A stretch of 56,336 nucleotides of DNA, filler included, from Dugesia japonica (taxonomy: Eukaryota): the NCBI GenBank assembly GCA_001938525.1. It is 5 parts of 5 records of this genome, joined end to end, with 100 filler letters (N's around TTAATTAATTAA, not from the genome) between each part and the next. Parts side by side here need not be neighbours in the genome. Positions count along the whole stretch, not along the records: positions 11,544 to 23,118 come from MQRL01573612.1; positions 23,219 to 33,165 come from MQRL01559042.1; 3 more parts are not named here. The stretch is one strand, 5' to 3'. A model generated the notes under the pieces. It was not told the DNA's origin. It searched no databases and was given only the letters and a program-made list of their open reading frames with translations. The stretch's first letter is position 1, and the number at the start of each line of letters is the position of its first letter. The position numbers and the translations under genes were made by a program. Shown piece after piece: positions 12,700-26,344 of this stretch.

Positions 12700-12765
<66 letters not shown>
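12551..12765. repeat. (ATT)n microsatellite spanning a gap
   Basis: Pure ATT runs on both sides of an N run. Confidence 0.9.
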
Positions 12766-12766
<1 letters not shown>

Positions 12767-12799
12767 TAAGTTATTGTTTTCAATTTATTTTTTATAAAG

Positions 12800-12898
12800 G
12801 ATACAAATGTATTGGGATTCAAAGGACCTCGTAAAATGACTGTCATTATTCCTGGAATGAATCAAGATCATCAGAGAATAGAATTTCAAAGAAAGAAG
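12800..12898 (+). CDS. tub: Tubby/TULP family gene, exon [33 protein letters not shown]
   Basis: Hallmark [12 protein letters not shown] motif; aag acceptor and gttata donor; 99 nt, phase 0-0. Confidence 0.93.
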
Positions 12899-13491
12899 GT
12901 TATACTTGAATTATTTTTTTAAAATATTGATATTGAAAATGTATGTATATGTTTTATGCAAATTTATCTACCATTTCATTGAAGTTATTTTGTAAGTTAT
13001 TTTTATAATAAACAACAGATATAAACTAATCTTCAAAATTTGAACTATTTTAATAATTAAATGTTTCTTCTGAATTTCCGTGATCAATTTTTATAATTAA
13101 ATTAAATGAACTTNNNNNNNNNNNNNNNNNNNNNNNNNNNNNNNNNNNNNNNNNNNNNNNNNNNNNNNNNNNNNNNNNNNNNNNNNNNNNNNNNNNNNNN
13201 NNNNNNNNNNNNNNNNNNNNNNNNNNNNNNNNNNNNNNNNNNNNNNNNNNNNNNNNNNNNNNNNNNNNNNNNNNNNNNATTTCCAATTTATTCTTTAATT
13301 AATTTAAGTTGAATAATGCCTCAATTAAATTTAGTTAATATAAGCCCGTCAGCATCATTTGGGATTTTTTTAAATATTAAATTTAAAATTAAATCCATTA
13401 TAGTAATTATTTTGTTACGTTAATTTTATAATATCATGTATTAATATTTTATTAATTGATATTGTTAATTTTTAAAAATAATTTAATCAAG

Positions 13492-13579
13492 GACGAAGAT
13501 GGTTTGATTGAGAGTTGGAAGAAAAAGAAAATGCACAACCTATTAGAACTTCACAATAAAACTCCTGTGTGGAATGATG
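13492..13579 (+). CDS. tub: Tubby/TULP exon DEDGLIESWKKKKMHNLLELHNKTPVWND
   Basis: LHNKTPVWND tubby motif; caag acceptor and gtatga donor; phase 0-1. Confidence 0.92.
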
Positions 13580-14645
13580 GTATGAAAATTATGTATTTTC
13601 AGTTTATTATTGTAATATTAAAAAATTACAATATTTAAGCAATTAGATTTGCACTGTTTAATCGCATATACATTCAAAATTTTATTAAAATTAAAATAGT
13701 AAATAAATAGCAAATATTTAATTTTATTTTTCACACTTTTAAATAACTTGTTAAATAAAAATAGGTCAATTCAATTTTGAGAGTTCATTATTTATTCTGT
13801 CGTGAATATTATTGATTTTTAAATGGATTACATCCATTTTTAAAATAATGATTATGTAAATTATAAAATATTTTCAAGAATAATAAAATATAATAAAATA
13901 TTTTATTAAAAAAAATATTAAAAAAAATAAAATATTTTAAATTATTAATAAATTATAATATCAAAAATGATTTCACATTTCGATTTAAACTTTTTTCGAT
14001 TGTGATAACTTATCACTTCTATAGATTTTAATATTTCCAAGAATTTATTTAATATTTTCTAAATTTGACAATTTAAAATATTAGTTTCAATTTAAATGTA
14101 AATTCGTTTCTAAACTAGCAAATGAATTTAAAACTAAAAATATTTAAAAATGTGTAATTTATCGACTATCATTCATATTTGATTACATCATTTTTTGATA
14201 TTTACTAATATTAATTGTTCTAAATATGTAGCACTTGAAAATATCTTTATTTATAATTATTATTGATTTCGCTGCACCATCAACATTTTATATTAAAAAC
14301 AAACTATGACGTATATATTATTAAAAACCATTACACTCATAAATGNNNNNNNNNNNNNNNNNNNNNNNNNNNNNNNNNNNNNNNNNNNNNNNATTTTCCA
14401 GTTTCTACAATTTAAAAATTACTTACACTGAGTTAGAAAACAAATTTATTCCATGATTTGAATGTTTAATAATTTGTAGTTTTTAATAGCCGCGATATTT
14501 ATTGAAAATATGCTCTGATTTCAAATAGTATGTTCTATTTGAAATTTATGGAATTAAGAAATTTGGTCACTCTAATTATCTAATTTCGTCATTGATTAAC
14601 GAAATTTTTAATTAAATAAATATTAAAATGTAACTTTAATTTCAG

Positions 14646-14729
14646 ATACACAATCATACGTATTAAATTTCCATGGTCGTGTCACACAGGCATCTGTGAA
14701 GAATTTTCAAATTGTTCATGATAACGATG
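14646..14729 (+). CDS. tub: Tubby/TULP exon (D)[27 protein letters not shown]
   Basis: Strongly conserved [18 protein letters not shown]; ttcag acceptor and gtaata donor; phase 1-1. Confidence 0.95.
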
Positions 14730-16044
14730 GTAATAATTGCTGATTTATTTTCGAGATTGATAAAATTAAAATCATCCTATTATTAACTTTATTTTATAAT
14801 TATTTATTTTGATAATAACTTAACATGATTTAATTTCAAATCTCTTTTTATATTTATATAAAGTCTTTAATATCGTTAACATTGTCAATTCAAAATAAAT
14901 CGCATATTTCAATTAAGATTTGTGTCAAAAAAATAAGACAGTTTTATGAATGTCAGATATTTGAATTTATAAATAATTTTACCAATATGTCAAGAACGTC
15001 ATGATAACATATATTGTGTAATGATAGATTCATATAAAGATAATAAAGTCCGTGAAGAATTTATAAAAAAAACGTCATTAAAGATTTATATATTATTTTC
15101 ATTATATTAAAATCCCAATGGAAATATTTTGTCTAGTTGAAATGACAAGGAATTATTAGAGAATTATTGATTTTAAAAATGAAAAAAAAAACTCAGAATT
15201 TATGTATATAACAAAACGGGTTTTTGATATTAAAATTTATTTTTATAATTTTCAATTTTATTTAGTTATCATGAAATCGTTTGTTACTATCATATTTGAA
15301 TTGATTTAAATAAACATTCATAAAATAAATAGTTAANNNNNNNNNNNNNNNNNNNNNNNNNNNNNNNAACTTAACTATTGATTTCGTTTTTTAATTTTCA
15401 ATAAGTAAAATACAAAAATCAAAATTTCTTTATTTTAAATATTTGTATTTTCAACAAAAGTTTTCTTCGAAGGTTTTTACTTTTTTGATAGTTTAAATTT
15501 CATGGAAAGTTTTTAATGAAAGAATTGATATGAATAGAAAAAATTAACAAGATATTTATGGCATTTTTTTTTAAATAAATGAACTACTATAAATTTGGAA
15601 AATTCCAAAATAATATTAATTAGCAATGACAAGTTGTTAATAATGACTATGCTGAAAAATTAATTTATAAAATATCAAACAAATTTATCACTTTTTACTC
15701 ATACTTTTTGAAAAATGGATAAAAAGAGAGTAAAATAAAACACGACAACAGTTATAAATCTTTATGGAATTATTAATGTTTTTTTTGGTGATTGTGTTGA
15801 TTGGAGAAAACTAAAAATATTTTCTTAATTGTTTTTAAGATTACAAAGGCATCATTACTTGAACTAGAAAAATTGGTTACAATATTTAGTAGTCAACACA
15901 TTGTTTGACTTATCAAAATGTTTACTGCTTGGCTTGTTGATTATGCCTCTAATGGAACAAGGTGATTCGAATATAAGTTGCTAAAATTCACATGCTCTAC
16001 TTATTTTTTGAAATATTTTATTTTTGAAATAAAACAAAGAAACA

Positions 16045-17705
16045 CTTATTTTGAAAAATGCGTTAAGATATTGATATTAGTTCTTTGCGTACAAATACGA
16101 GAGGTTTAATTTGAAATTGAATAAAAAAGGTTAACAAAGTGAATCGAATGTTTATGAGGTGTTGTAGGTATTAAAATATACGAAATAATTGCGATGTTGA
16201 ATTGTCAATGGTTAATGGAGCTGATTAAAAAAGGAAAATAATATATTATATTGGAAATAAAAATTGGTATGCTTAAGAAAAGGTTTTTAAACGAGGAAAC
16301 AGATATCATTGATCTTTTTGGAATATACTTCATACAAAGAAATCTTTGTTTTATAAACTTTAGACAATTTATAAAAGATGGATAATTACATTAACTATAC
16401 ATTTTAAAACGTATTTTGAGTTTATGTATACATTTTTTATGAGTGATGTTTGTTTGTAATGAGATAAGTATGTAAATGAGATTCAAATCGATTATATTTA
16501 AATTAATTCAAAACGAATTTTACAAAAAACTTTTACTATAATAAAATTTGAAAAATAAAAATTTATAATTATGAATTTATGTATTTTAAAATGTTTGATT
16601 TAGTAACTGTGAAAGTCTACTAGCTTGTATTTGAAAGAAAAAAACAAGTTGATATATACAACTACCGTTTAATAGATTGCAAGAATGAAAGTAAGGGGCC
16701 GTCCATAAAGTACGTCACGCTCAGAAGAGGGGGGGTCTTAGAAAGTGTGACAGTTTGTGACACGGAGGGAGGAGGACCAAGATCATATGCGACGTCACAC
16801 ATTNNNNNNNNNNNNNNNNNNNNNNNNNNNNNNNNNNNNNNNNNNNNNNNNNNCTTATTTTGAAACATGCGTTAAGATATTGATATTAGTTCTTTGCGTA
16901 CAAATACGAGAGGTTTAATTTGAAATGGAATAAAAAAGGTTAACAAAGTGAATCAAATGTTTATGAGGTGTTGTAGGTATTAAAATATACGAAATAATTG
17001 CGATGTTGAATTGTCAATAGTTAATGGAGCTGATTAAAAAAGGAAAATAATATATTATATTGGATATAAAAATTGGTATGCTTAAGAAAAGGTTTTTTAA
17101 CGAGGAAACAGATATCATTGATCTTTTAGAGAAATGTATCAACACTATCAGTTCTAATTAAATGGTTTTTATTGTAATATTTTGGTTTGTTCTAATTCTT
17201 TGTGTTATTAATTTATTTCGGTAGGTTTTTGGAATATACTTCATACAAAGAAATCTTTGTTTTATAAACTTTAGACAATTTATAAAAGATGTATAATTAC
17301 ATTAACTATACATTTTAAAACGTATTTTGAGTTTATGTATACATTTTTATGAGTGATGTTTGTTTGTAATAAGTATGTAAATGAGATTCAAATCGATTAT
17401 ATTTAAATTAATTCAAAACGAATTTTACAAAAAACTTTTACTAAAATAAAATTTGAAAAATAAAAATTTATAATTATGAATTTATGTATTTTAAAATGTT
17501 TGATTTAGTAATTGTGAAAGTCTACTAGCTTGTATTTGAAAGAAAAAAACAAGTTGATATATACAACTACCGTTTAATAGACTGCAAGAATGAAAGTAAG
17601 GGGCCGTCCATAAAGTACGTCACGCTCAGAAGAGGGGGGTCTTAGAAAGTGTGACAGTTTGTGACACGGAGGGAGGAGGACCAAGATCATATGCGACGTC
17701 ACANA
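16045..17705. repeat. Near-identical ~760/850-bp tandem duplication around a gap in the tubby intron
   Basis: 16045-16803 matches 16854-17705; the second copy has an extra ~100 bp at ~17128-17228. Confidence 0.85.
16695..16803 (+). mobile_element. MITE terminus, PIF/Harbinger-like (second copy at ~17600-17705)
   Basis: GC-richer island starting taa|ggggccgtccataaagtacgtcacgc, a TIR style and TAA flank typical of PIF/Harbinger MITEs. No partner TIR seen. Confidence 0.45.
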
Positions 17706-18735
17706 TTTTAATTTTTTTATCATATATATAACTTGATACTGACAGTGATGTTTAACTTTCTGTTGTGATGGACGTATTCTGACAGAATATGTCACTAACG
17801 CAGTGTTTTAGATTTAATTTTAATGAGTAGTTAAATTTTAAAATAATTTTTTAGTTCCAGAGTGTGATGTACTTTCAAGGGGGGATTCAATGGTAAAGAT
17901 TTTTGTTGCTTGGTTCACTACATAACTTTTTCAAGATCCTTGATTTATTTGTAAATATATTAAATATATTTTACTCATTTTTTTCACAATTTGCTTGTAG
18001 TTTTTGAGTTACAATTTTTTGAACAAAATTATTTTAATAATATTGAGGTTAATTAGCGTAAGCATTAAAACAAATGTTTTTACTTGTTAACCATTGATTT
18101 GTATTTTTTTTTCAAAAACATTTTCAATGAATTTAATGTTATAATTTCTTAACCAATGAAAATTGATTTTATTCAAATTAATTCGAATTGTGTTTCTATT
18201 AAGATTTTGTGACTAGAATGAATTGAAAAATTTTTCCTGATGAAGACTATCTCGAAATATTGAAGAATCTATGAAAATAGAAAACCAACAATTTTGATCA
18301 TCGCATTTTGAAAAATTTTATTTGATAAATACGGATCAATAGTTAACAAGTGGAAATGTGTTATTTGTGATTCTACTGAACCAATTATTGGTTTTATGAT
18401 ATTATATTTTATAGTATGTATTTTAAGATATTCGTTTATTTGACACATTTTTTACATTGGATTTACAGAATTGAGAAATTTCTGTTTTTAAAATTATTTT
18501 GCCGGGAATATCTTTACACAACTATTACTTTTTTGAAGATATTACATAATTATTCGAGGATTGTCTTAATTTGTTTGAATTAAAAAGAAATTTAATTATG
18601 ACTACTTCTTTTCTTTATAATTTATTTTCAATTTAATACATTATCTTGGAATGTAAATAATTTAAGAAAGATTTATTAAATTAATTAATTAATTAATTTT
18701 GATGTTACATATTCTTAAATAAAATTTTATTTTAG

Positions 18736-18869
18736 TGGACTATATCGTTATGCAATTCGGTAGAGTATCAGAAGATACTTTCACCATGGATTATTCATAT
18801 CCGTTATGTGCTCTACAAGCATTTGGAATCGCTTTATCATCATTCGACAGTAAATTGGCATGTGAATAG
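18736..18869 (+). CDS. tub: Tubby/TULP terminal exon (V)[43 protein letters not shown]
   Basis: Canonical tubby C-terminus FDSKLACE-stop; tttag acceptor. The four exons splice in frame. Upstream exons were not found and probably lie beyond the contig break. Confidence 0.96.
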
Positions 18870-20579
18870 ACTGTGAAATTTAAATAATAATTCTCAGTGA
18901 TAAGATTTTTCAAAAAAAAATGCTTTTATAATTTATTTTCAAACAGTTTCATATAATTTTAATAATTTCACTTAAAAAATTCGGAATTTGTTTCATTTTT
19001 ATTATTTCATTTGATTATTTCTTTTCATTGAGATTGTATCAACTTCATCAGAAACAATGGGAAACTTTCAAATTTTACCATGTGTGAGATTAAATATCTT
19101 ATGATCATTTATTTGTGGAATATCTTTTAATATTACTATTAATAATATTAATACTATTATCACTATTGTAATAAATTTCTATGAGAATGTGACATTGTTA
19201 TTTATAAGGATTTAATTATATTCGTCAATTTATCTCTTTAATATAATTAAGAGTGTTTATATTTTAAGAGCTCTAATATTGAGTGAAAACTGCTTGTTTG
19301 TAAAACAAGTTTGATGAAAATAATTTTATTATTGTTAGCTTAATATAGTCATGTGTATTATTTATCAGATTTTAACTAAAATAAGCTGGACTTCGCTTAT
19401 AAAAATAAATTTTAAATGATATTTTTTGTTCTGCTTTATTGTATTTTTGCGAATTAATTAAATAATATTTAATTAAAAATAATATTATTAAATAATAATA
19501 TTGTAAAATTTCTGATTTTGGTTTAACAGAATTTTTAAATTTTCTTTTTAAACCATATTACAAATATAATTCATCCGACTAATTTATTTAGTATCCATAT
19601 TTGATGAAAATATCAATGGCCATTAAAATAATTGTTTTAACAGTCGAATGGAAATTCATTTTGACAGTTATATAATGTTTCATGTAACACTTGTTAAAAA
19701 TAGATAGAAAATATATGAGATTTGAGAATTAAAGTTTTAAAATTTAAGGATGCTGGTTATCTTTAAGAATATGGTTAAAAAGTTTGCTTTAAAATAAATA
19801 AATCAATTTATTTAAATTTGAAGTCATCTCGATTACAATGGAAAATAGTTGTAAGATAATATTTCAATGATTATAAATTTGTATTCAAAATCAGAGAATA
19901 ACAACGAAATATGCATTTAAACCATAAAATATAAATATCAATTAAACTTCTAATAAGAATTCTTCAAAAGTAAAGAAGTTTGGAAATAATAAGTTCGGAG
20001 GAAATACAGAATTTAAAAAAATGAGTAAAAATGGACTAAAATTACCGGGAAATATTAAAGGCGGAAAATCGGTAATGAAGAATATGTTAAAATGAAAAGG
20101 ATGATATTATTATGTNTATATGTTTATTATGTAAAACCATTGAATAATAAAAATTCACCGCCTTTATGACTTTTAAACAACTCTAATTGCGCAATATTCA
20201 TAAGTAAATAATAAATATATAAATTTAAAAAAACTAAATAAATACCAAAATCATTAAAAGCTTTAACAATCATTCTCTTAAAATTTTTGTCTTGTCAGCT
20301 TCTTATGTATTTTAGAAACCTTAGTTGATTCTTGCTCTTTCATGTGTACTCAGTCGGTTCCCGGGCAATTCGTCGCGGATAATTCGTGGTGATTTATCTT
20401 TCTGGGAGCGATGGCAAAAATAATTTATTCTTATTTCAAATTTTGTATGTTTTCAATGACATCGTAATTACTGACAAAATTTAAATTACTAATAATGTTT
20501 TTTAATAATATTGTAGGAATATAAAATATGGTTGGATAGAAAAATGTAATTTCTAATAAAAAAATAAAAATGAGAAAAA

Positions 20580-21530
20580 CATCAAATCAATTTTGGTTTG
20601 TTTTGGCTTATTCTGGTCAATTTTGGTCTATTTTTGAACAATTCTGGTCACTATTGGGTGATTTTGGTAAGAAATTTCCTCGATATGGTCGGTCTTAGGT
20701 GATTTGGTTGATAATTATCAATTATAATTTGCTGTTTGGTAAATTTTGGATAATTTTGGTAAGAAATTTGCTCAACATGGTCGATATGGTTGATAATTAT
20801 CAATTATAATTTGCTGTTTGGTAAATTTTGGAAAATTTTGGTAAGAAATTTGCTCAACATGGTCAATTTTGATTGAATTTATGGATTTTGTTAAGATTTT
20901 CAAGTTTTTAAATTTAAGAAAAATTGGAGGAAAAGGGTTTTTGTTAAAATATTTTAAAAGTAATTCAAATTTTTATGGGAATCCGGGTGACCAACCATAA
21001 TTTCGAAAATTTTTTTATCGAGATTTTTCATCAGTTGTAAATTTTTTTCAAATCGTTTTTTTCTTAAAATTTGAAATTATCATGCCTTTTCGATAGAGAA
21101 TTTTTTGATGATAATTTTTGTCAAAACCTAAAATCGCCAAATTTTATCCTGGATGAAATAAATGAAATTTTATCTCGAAAAATCTCAAATTTTNNNNNNN
21201 NNNNNNNNNNNNNNNNNNNNNNNNNNNNNNNNNNNNNNNNNNNAAATTTAAGAAAAATTGGAGGAAAAGGGTTTTTGTTAAAATATTTTAAAAGTAATTA
21301 AAATTTTTATGGGAATCCGGGTGACAACCATAAATTCGAAAATTTTTGTATCGAGATTTTTCATCAGTTGTAAAATTTTTTCAAATCGTTTTTTTCTTAA
21401 AATTTGAAATTATCATGCCTTTTCGATAGAGAATTTTTTGCTGATAATTTTGGTCAAAACCTAAAATCGCCAAATTTTATCCTGGATGAAATAAATGAAA
21501 TTTTATCTCGAAAAATCTCAAATTTTAAAT
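20580..21530. repeat. Short ATTTTGGT-type repeats followed by a ~285-bp tandem duplication around a gap
   Basis: ~65-bp unit duplicated at 20700-20870; 20910-21193 matches 21244-21530. Confidence 0.75.
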
Positions 21531-21766
21531 TTTGGCGCTCAATTTCCTTGGCGTACTCGTATGGTTTCAACTTTGGTATCATTTTACTGAGAATTAAAAA
21601 CTGACTGGACAAAGTTAAATTATCGTCTTGGGAAAATAGTTTCTAACCACAGCCATATTAAGACTTCACAGGGTCCTAGGCCAGCATATGATGTGGATCC
21701 CCACCTCTGACATCAGTTATATATGGAATATGGACTAACGAAAAGGGAAATATTTTGAAATGTAAC

Positions 21767-22099
21767 TGTGAATATATTTTGAAAAGCGAGTTGAATTTTT
21801 TGTGTGGTTTAAGATCATTTTTCAATAATCTTTTTATTTAAACGTACTTAAAATTTTGAATGAATATTTATATAATGTATGAGTATTTGTTTTAAAATTT
21901 TAAATGACGATTTAACAATAATGTAAAAATTTTGTGTACAATTTTAATATTTGAAAAATGATCATCAATTAAAACATGGAATTTTAATTTGTTTGAATAA
22001 ACAAATAGTGTTGAACATAGTTTTGTTTTGTGAATAAATCTGTAATGGAAATGAGTTTTGACAAGTATGATCCGATGAGCACTTCAAACTCGTCTAACA
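21767..22099 (+). mobile_element. Solo LTR with perfect 5-bp TSD GTAAC
   Basis: gtaac|TGTGAA...CTAACA|gtaac; reverse-complement homolog of 1151-1537 and 10085-10421. Confidence 0.88.
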
Positions 22100-23118
22100 G
22101 TAACAATTAAAATTTTTTTATTTTTATGAAATTTTGACACTAATGTATTATGTAATTTATTTCAATTTCAAGTGAAAAAATTTAACAATTTCAAATAATT
22201 CCTTTAAAATCAAAAGAATTTTTTCCTTGATTTTTGTCTTGCAAATTCTAAAATAATATCGTCAAAATATTGGATTCGATACACAGCTAAGCTAACATAA
22301 TTTATTATGTAATCGACCGGGAATAAAATTTTAAGTTCAATTGAGACATTAGTTTGTAGTTTTTCAAGTCAAAATTTTATTTAGATAACCAGATTTTATA
22401 AATTCATATAAATTTACCGAAAATATTACTAAGTCTATAAGTAATTTCATTAAAATATATAAACCCACGATTAAAATATACACTAAATTTAATCAGATTT
22501 GTTGAATTTCCATTAATTTTCTTAAGTTTCATATATTTTAGTTATTAGGTCATTTAAAATGAATTAATTGCATTAAAATTCATCAAATCTAATAGGTTTA
22601 ATAGATTTATAGTGCTTATTAGAGCGTGGCATCAATTTTTCAGTAACTGTAATTATAACTGTGATAACAGAGAGGCTTAAGATGAAATCTGTGCTTATGC
22701 TACTGACAGATCTATAATGTACAATTTCCACTAAGTCTGACTGAGATGTCATTAATTATGAAATAGAGCGAATCTGTGATATTTATCTCACTATCTGAAG
22801 CTGGTGCTGTTTCGTTATTTAAGTTGCTGCAAGGTTACGGTTGGATAATTCGTGATCAGTTTGTGTCAGGCTACGTGTTTAAATTACTGCACTCAGCAGT
22901 TGTATACCATTGGTATATGGATAAGTAAAAACAAAAGTTTATCATGGACATTATAGCACTTTATTCCTAGACGATCATGATTCGAATCAAGAATTGTTAC
23001 AAGTAATGATTTTATTTCGATATTTCATGATAGTATAATTTTTAGTAATTTCAATCAAGATAGTAATCAATCGAGTCATCCATTCATCAGATTTTCATTT
23101 TAATAAATATTATTTATA

Positions 23119-23218
23119 NNNNNNNNNNNNNNNNNNNNNNNNNNNNNNNNNNNNNNNNNNNNTTAATTAATTAANNNNNNNNNNNNNNNNNNNNNNNNNN
23201 NNNNNNNNNNNNNNNNNN
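23119..23218. other. Artificial contig-joining spacer
   Basis: 44 N + TTAATTAATTAA + 44 N. Confidence 0.93.
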
Positions 23219-23281
<63 letters not shown>

Positions 23282-25353
23282 TATTATAAAAATCTTCTTT
23301 AAATTACAAAAAAGATATTATTATTTAAATTTTTATTATATATTTTTTACTATTGCTTTTTTAGAAATATTTTTATTACTTCTTAAAAAACATTTATTAT
23401 CATTATTATTATTGTTGGGTTAAAACGCATAATTTTAATGAAGAAGAAAGTATAAAACATCTTGAAATAATACGAAAATCCAATGGAGAACAAGCAGAAA
23501 AATAAGTACAATTTTGTGCTGGTCTAGAAAATCGACTCGATATTATCATTATTATTACGTATTTATTCTTAATATAATTATTATACGATTATTGACGAAA
23601 TGAGAGCAATGAAAATTGGGCGTAGAGGACCTAATTTTGGAGAAATAGGAAATAAATTTGGAATGTACAAGTAGGAAATAATAAGCTGAATAATAAAAAT
23701 AATATAAACTACTATAATAATATATTAAAAGGGTCTCTACGAACCATTATCGTTATTATTATAACGCTCATTAGCGTTTGATATTATTAATTAAAATGGC
23801 CAGTCACCAAAATCGAACGATAATTTTGGTTTTCCAAACGATGATTAAGTTGGAAAACCAGACAGTCAGAACAAGAACATTCTCCTGACGACACGAATAT
23901 GGTTTTCCAAATTTGTTGTCAATCAATCGCCAGATAAAGAGAGACATGCATCGACAGAGATACGACAAAAGTTGTGGTGTGATAAGTTTCAAATTCTCTG
24001 GAAGGCAGGCATCATGGGCCAATGAGAGAACGAGAATTCAAAATGAGAACTGATGATTGGGCTAGCTATGAGAGCTTCGCAATCTTCATATCTCAGAATT
24101 GAATAAAACATATCTACAGTGAGAAAATGGTCAGAATTAAATTCTAAAATTTTATTAATATTATTTTGTTATAATTTGAACCAGCTTTTACAAAATCTTA
24201 TTTAATATTTGCAAAAACTAGAAAAACTACACAAGAACAAAGAGTAAAGATTTCTTTATTTTTCTTCATTAATATGAATTAAAATAATGGCCTTAAAATG
24301 TATCCAAGTGTCATCATCAGAGTTTTTGCGTTTTGAATGGTCGTGGTGACCCGTGAATGAGAAATGCTCGTAAAGTAGAAATTTGTGAAAATGAGTATTT
24401 CTAAGAAATGGATTTAAAAAATTGGTAAAACGAGACGCCATGAATATTCAGAGTTATTGAAAGTAAAAAGTTTGTCAATAAAAATGAGAAATAGAGTTTA
24501 GAACTTAGGGGAAGATTTATGCAAGAAATTGTGAGTAGATGTAATTTCAACGTGAGGAATTTTTCTAAGAAATCATTATGTTCTGAATTTTTTTATGTAT
24601 GATTATAAATTAACTCGCAGTGTTTAGCGAATTCTGATTTAAACATTCAATAAATAATCAACTATTTATTTCTTATTATTATTTACTTATTATTATTTAT
24701 CTAGTTTTTAGTTTATTTTTAAGATTATTTCGAATTTAGAAAGGAATTTAATAATGCTATTTTTTATGAAAATAAAATTTTAATTCCATTAGGAAAATCA
24801 TTGAATAATTAAATTCATCAAGTTATTTATTTTCGTTGTACTTTGATCATTGAAGACGGTCGACAACCGAGAGATGTTGATTTGATAAGAATAGAAGTTT
24901 TGCTTATGGGATAACAAAAGATAATCTTAGAAAGATCTGTATTATATTAATGAGATAAATTCGTGCAGCACGTCGGATTTGTAGATTTTGGGACGTGGTG
25001 CAATGATTTCGTGATTTGCTGATATTAGGGACATCTTTTGAGGAAAGATGGAGAACGAGAAAAGATGGTAGTTTCTGGCTATCATTTTCTCTGGTTCCTC
25101 TTCTTGGAATAGGGATAAAGCACTATGAGGTTGCAGGCCGAAAAACCATGGAAGATTATAGGATATTTTATCATTTTATTTTACTTTTCGTTTTATTTCT
25201 GTCGTAATTTGATTATAACTACGACAAATGATCATAATTTATTAGATGCATAAAACTAGATGAGCAAGGAGAAGGCCCCGTTATATCTGGCCGTATATAG
25301 AAGACAGTAGGCGGTATTACATCGAATAGTCAAAGGTCCAGTAGATGTAGAGG

Positions 25354-25668
25354 ATGGAGAAAAGATATTATGCAGATGAAGTCACCAATGTGAGAGTAGA
25401 TTTAGATGTTCCAAATCTGCGGATCGAAATCATGGAAGCAAATTTACAGCTTCTCACGACCCAAAGGGATCGGCTAATGGCGGTTATCGTGGACACCGAG
25501 TCGGAAACATCTTTGTTAGATAACCATCAACCAGAATTCGATATACAATGCAGTTTTTTGGGAAATGCCATGTTGGAATCGCCGGCTGAAGAGGAAGAAT
25601 TAACAATTGTGAGAGATTTGATGGGCTTAAGCGCGTTTATTACAAATCCATCTGTAGATAAAAAATAA
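25354..25668 (+). CDS. Hypothetical acidic protein (104 aa), unknown family, converging on the Polinton module
   Basis: Open frame with protein-like composition and higher GC than the background; no motif recognised. Confidence 0.3.
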   Translation: MEKRYYADEVTNVRVDLDVPNLRIEIMEANLQLLTTQRDRLMAVIVDTESETSLLDNHQPEFDIQCSFLGNAMLESPAEEEELTIVRDLMGLSAFITNPSVDKK

Positions 25669-25689
25669 AAACGTGAAAATTTGTTAATT

Positions 25690-25900
25690 GAGAGATTCTT
25701 TACTATCCTTATCAACTACCTTCACTTTATTATACAATAAAGTATCATTCAAATCCAAATATTCAGTTTGAGATCCATTATAAAAATCTCTACGTCATTT
25801 TGTGATTCAGAAATTGAATTCATATGAAAGACATTTTCAAAACTACCACTTTCAATTACAGCTTGTGAAGTTGATCAATAATTCAGTTTTATTGAATCAC
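25690..25900 (-). pseudogene. Polinton major capsid protein, N-terminal fragment (module B)
   Basis: SQAVIESGSFENVFHMNSISESQNDVE..NGSQTEYLDLNDTLLY..KVKVVDK is a clear paralog of the 28921-30116 N-terminus; frameshifted and truncated. Confidence 0.8.
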
Positions 25901-26341
25901 TTATCAAATATCGTTGCATGTCTTCTAATTCGTTTGTTTATATGTGATGCATGTGATTTCTTGCGTTTTTTATTAGTTGGTTCTGTTTTAGATTGATTTG
26001 TTAGCATATTAGTTATTTCAGATGGTGTTTGATTTGTTATAATTTGTGGTAATATACCAGCTACCTTTGGAATCATACTGGTAACTCCACTAGATAAGGA
26101 AAAAAACTACATTTCCAAGTTCAACTAATGCATTTGACTCCAATGTGGGTAGTATTTTCCCATCATTAGCTAGTACATATTGAGATGTTTTCATACTAAA
26201 AGAACCAATACGTCTAGGAATAGGTAAAGCAAATCTTTATATTGTTCATAACCAGCCAGATCCATACAGTTTTCCAAAAAAGTAAGTTAATTCTTCACCT
26301 GCTTGACTAGTCCTATACAATGATTCAATATCAGAGTTCAT
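25897..26341 (-). pseudogene. Polinton putative core (basic) protein between penton and major capsid (module B)
   Basis: MNSDIESLYRTSQAGEELTYFFGKLYGSGWL*TI*RFALPI...KKRKKSHASHINKRIRRHATIFDK*. The QxG..GxG..R..LP pattern, basic tail and position match the conserved Polinton gene upstream of the capsid. Confidence 0.6.
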
Positions 26342-26344
26342 TAT

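Noticed and set aside
3298-12800. ShK-like gene nested antisense in a tubby intron
   Set aside because: The spacer at 11444-11543 separates the two genes, so nesting cannot be inferred.
21071-21604. Duplicated small ORFs MKLSCLFDREFF...
   Set aside because: TTG-start frames inside a duplicated non-coding repeat.
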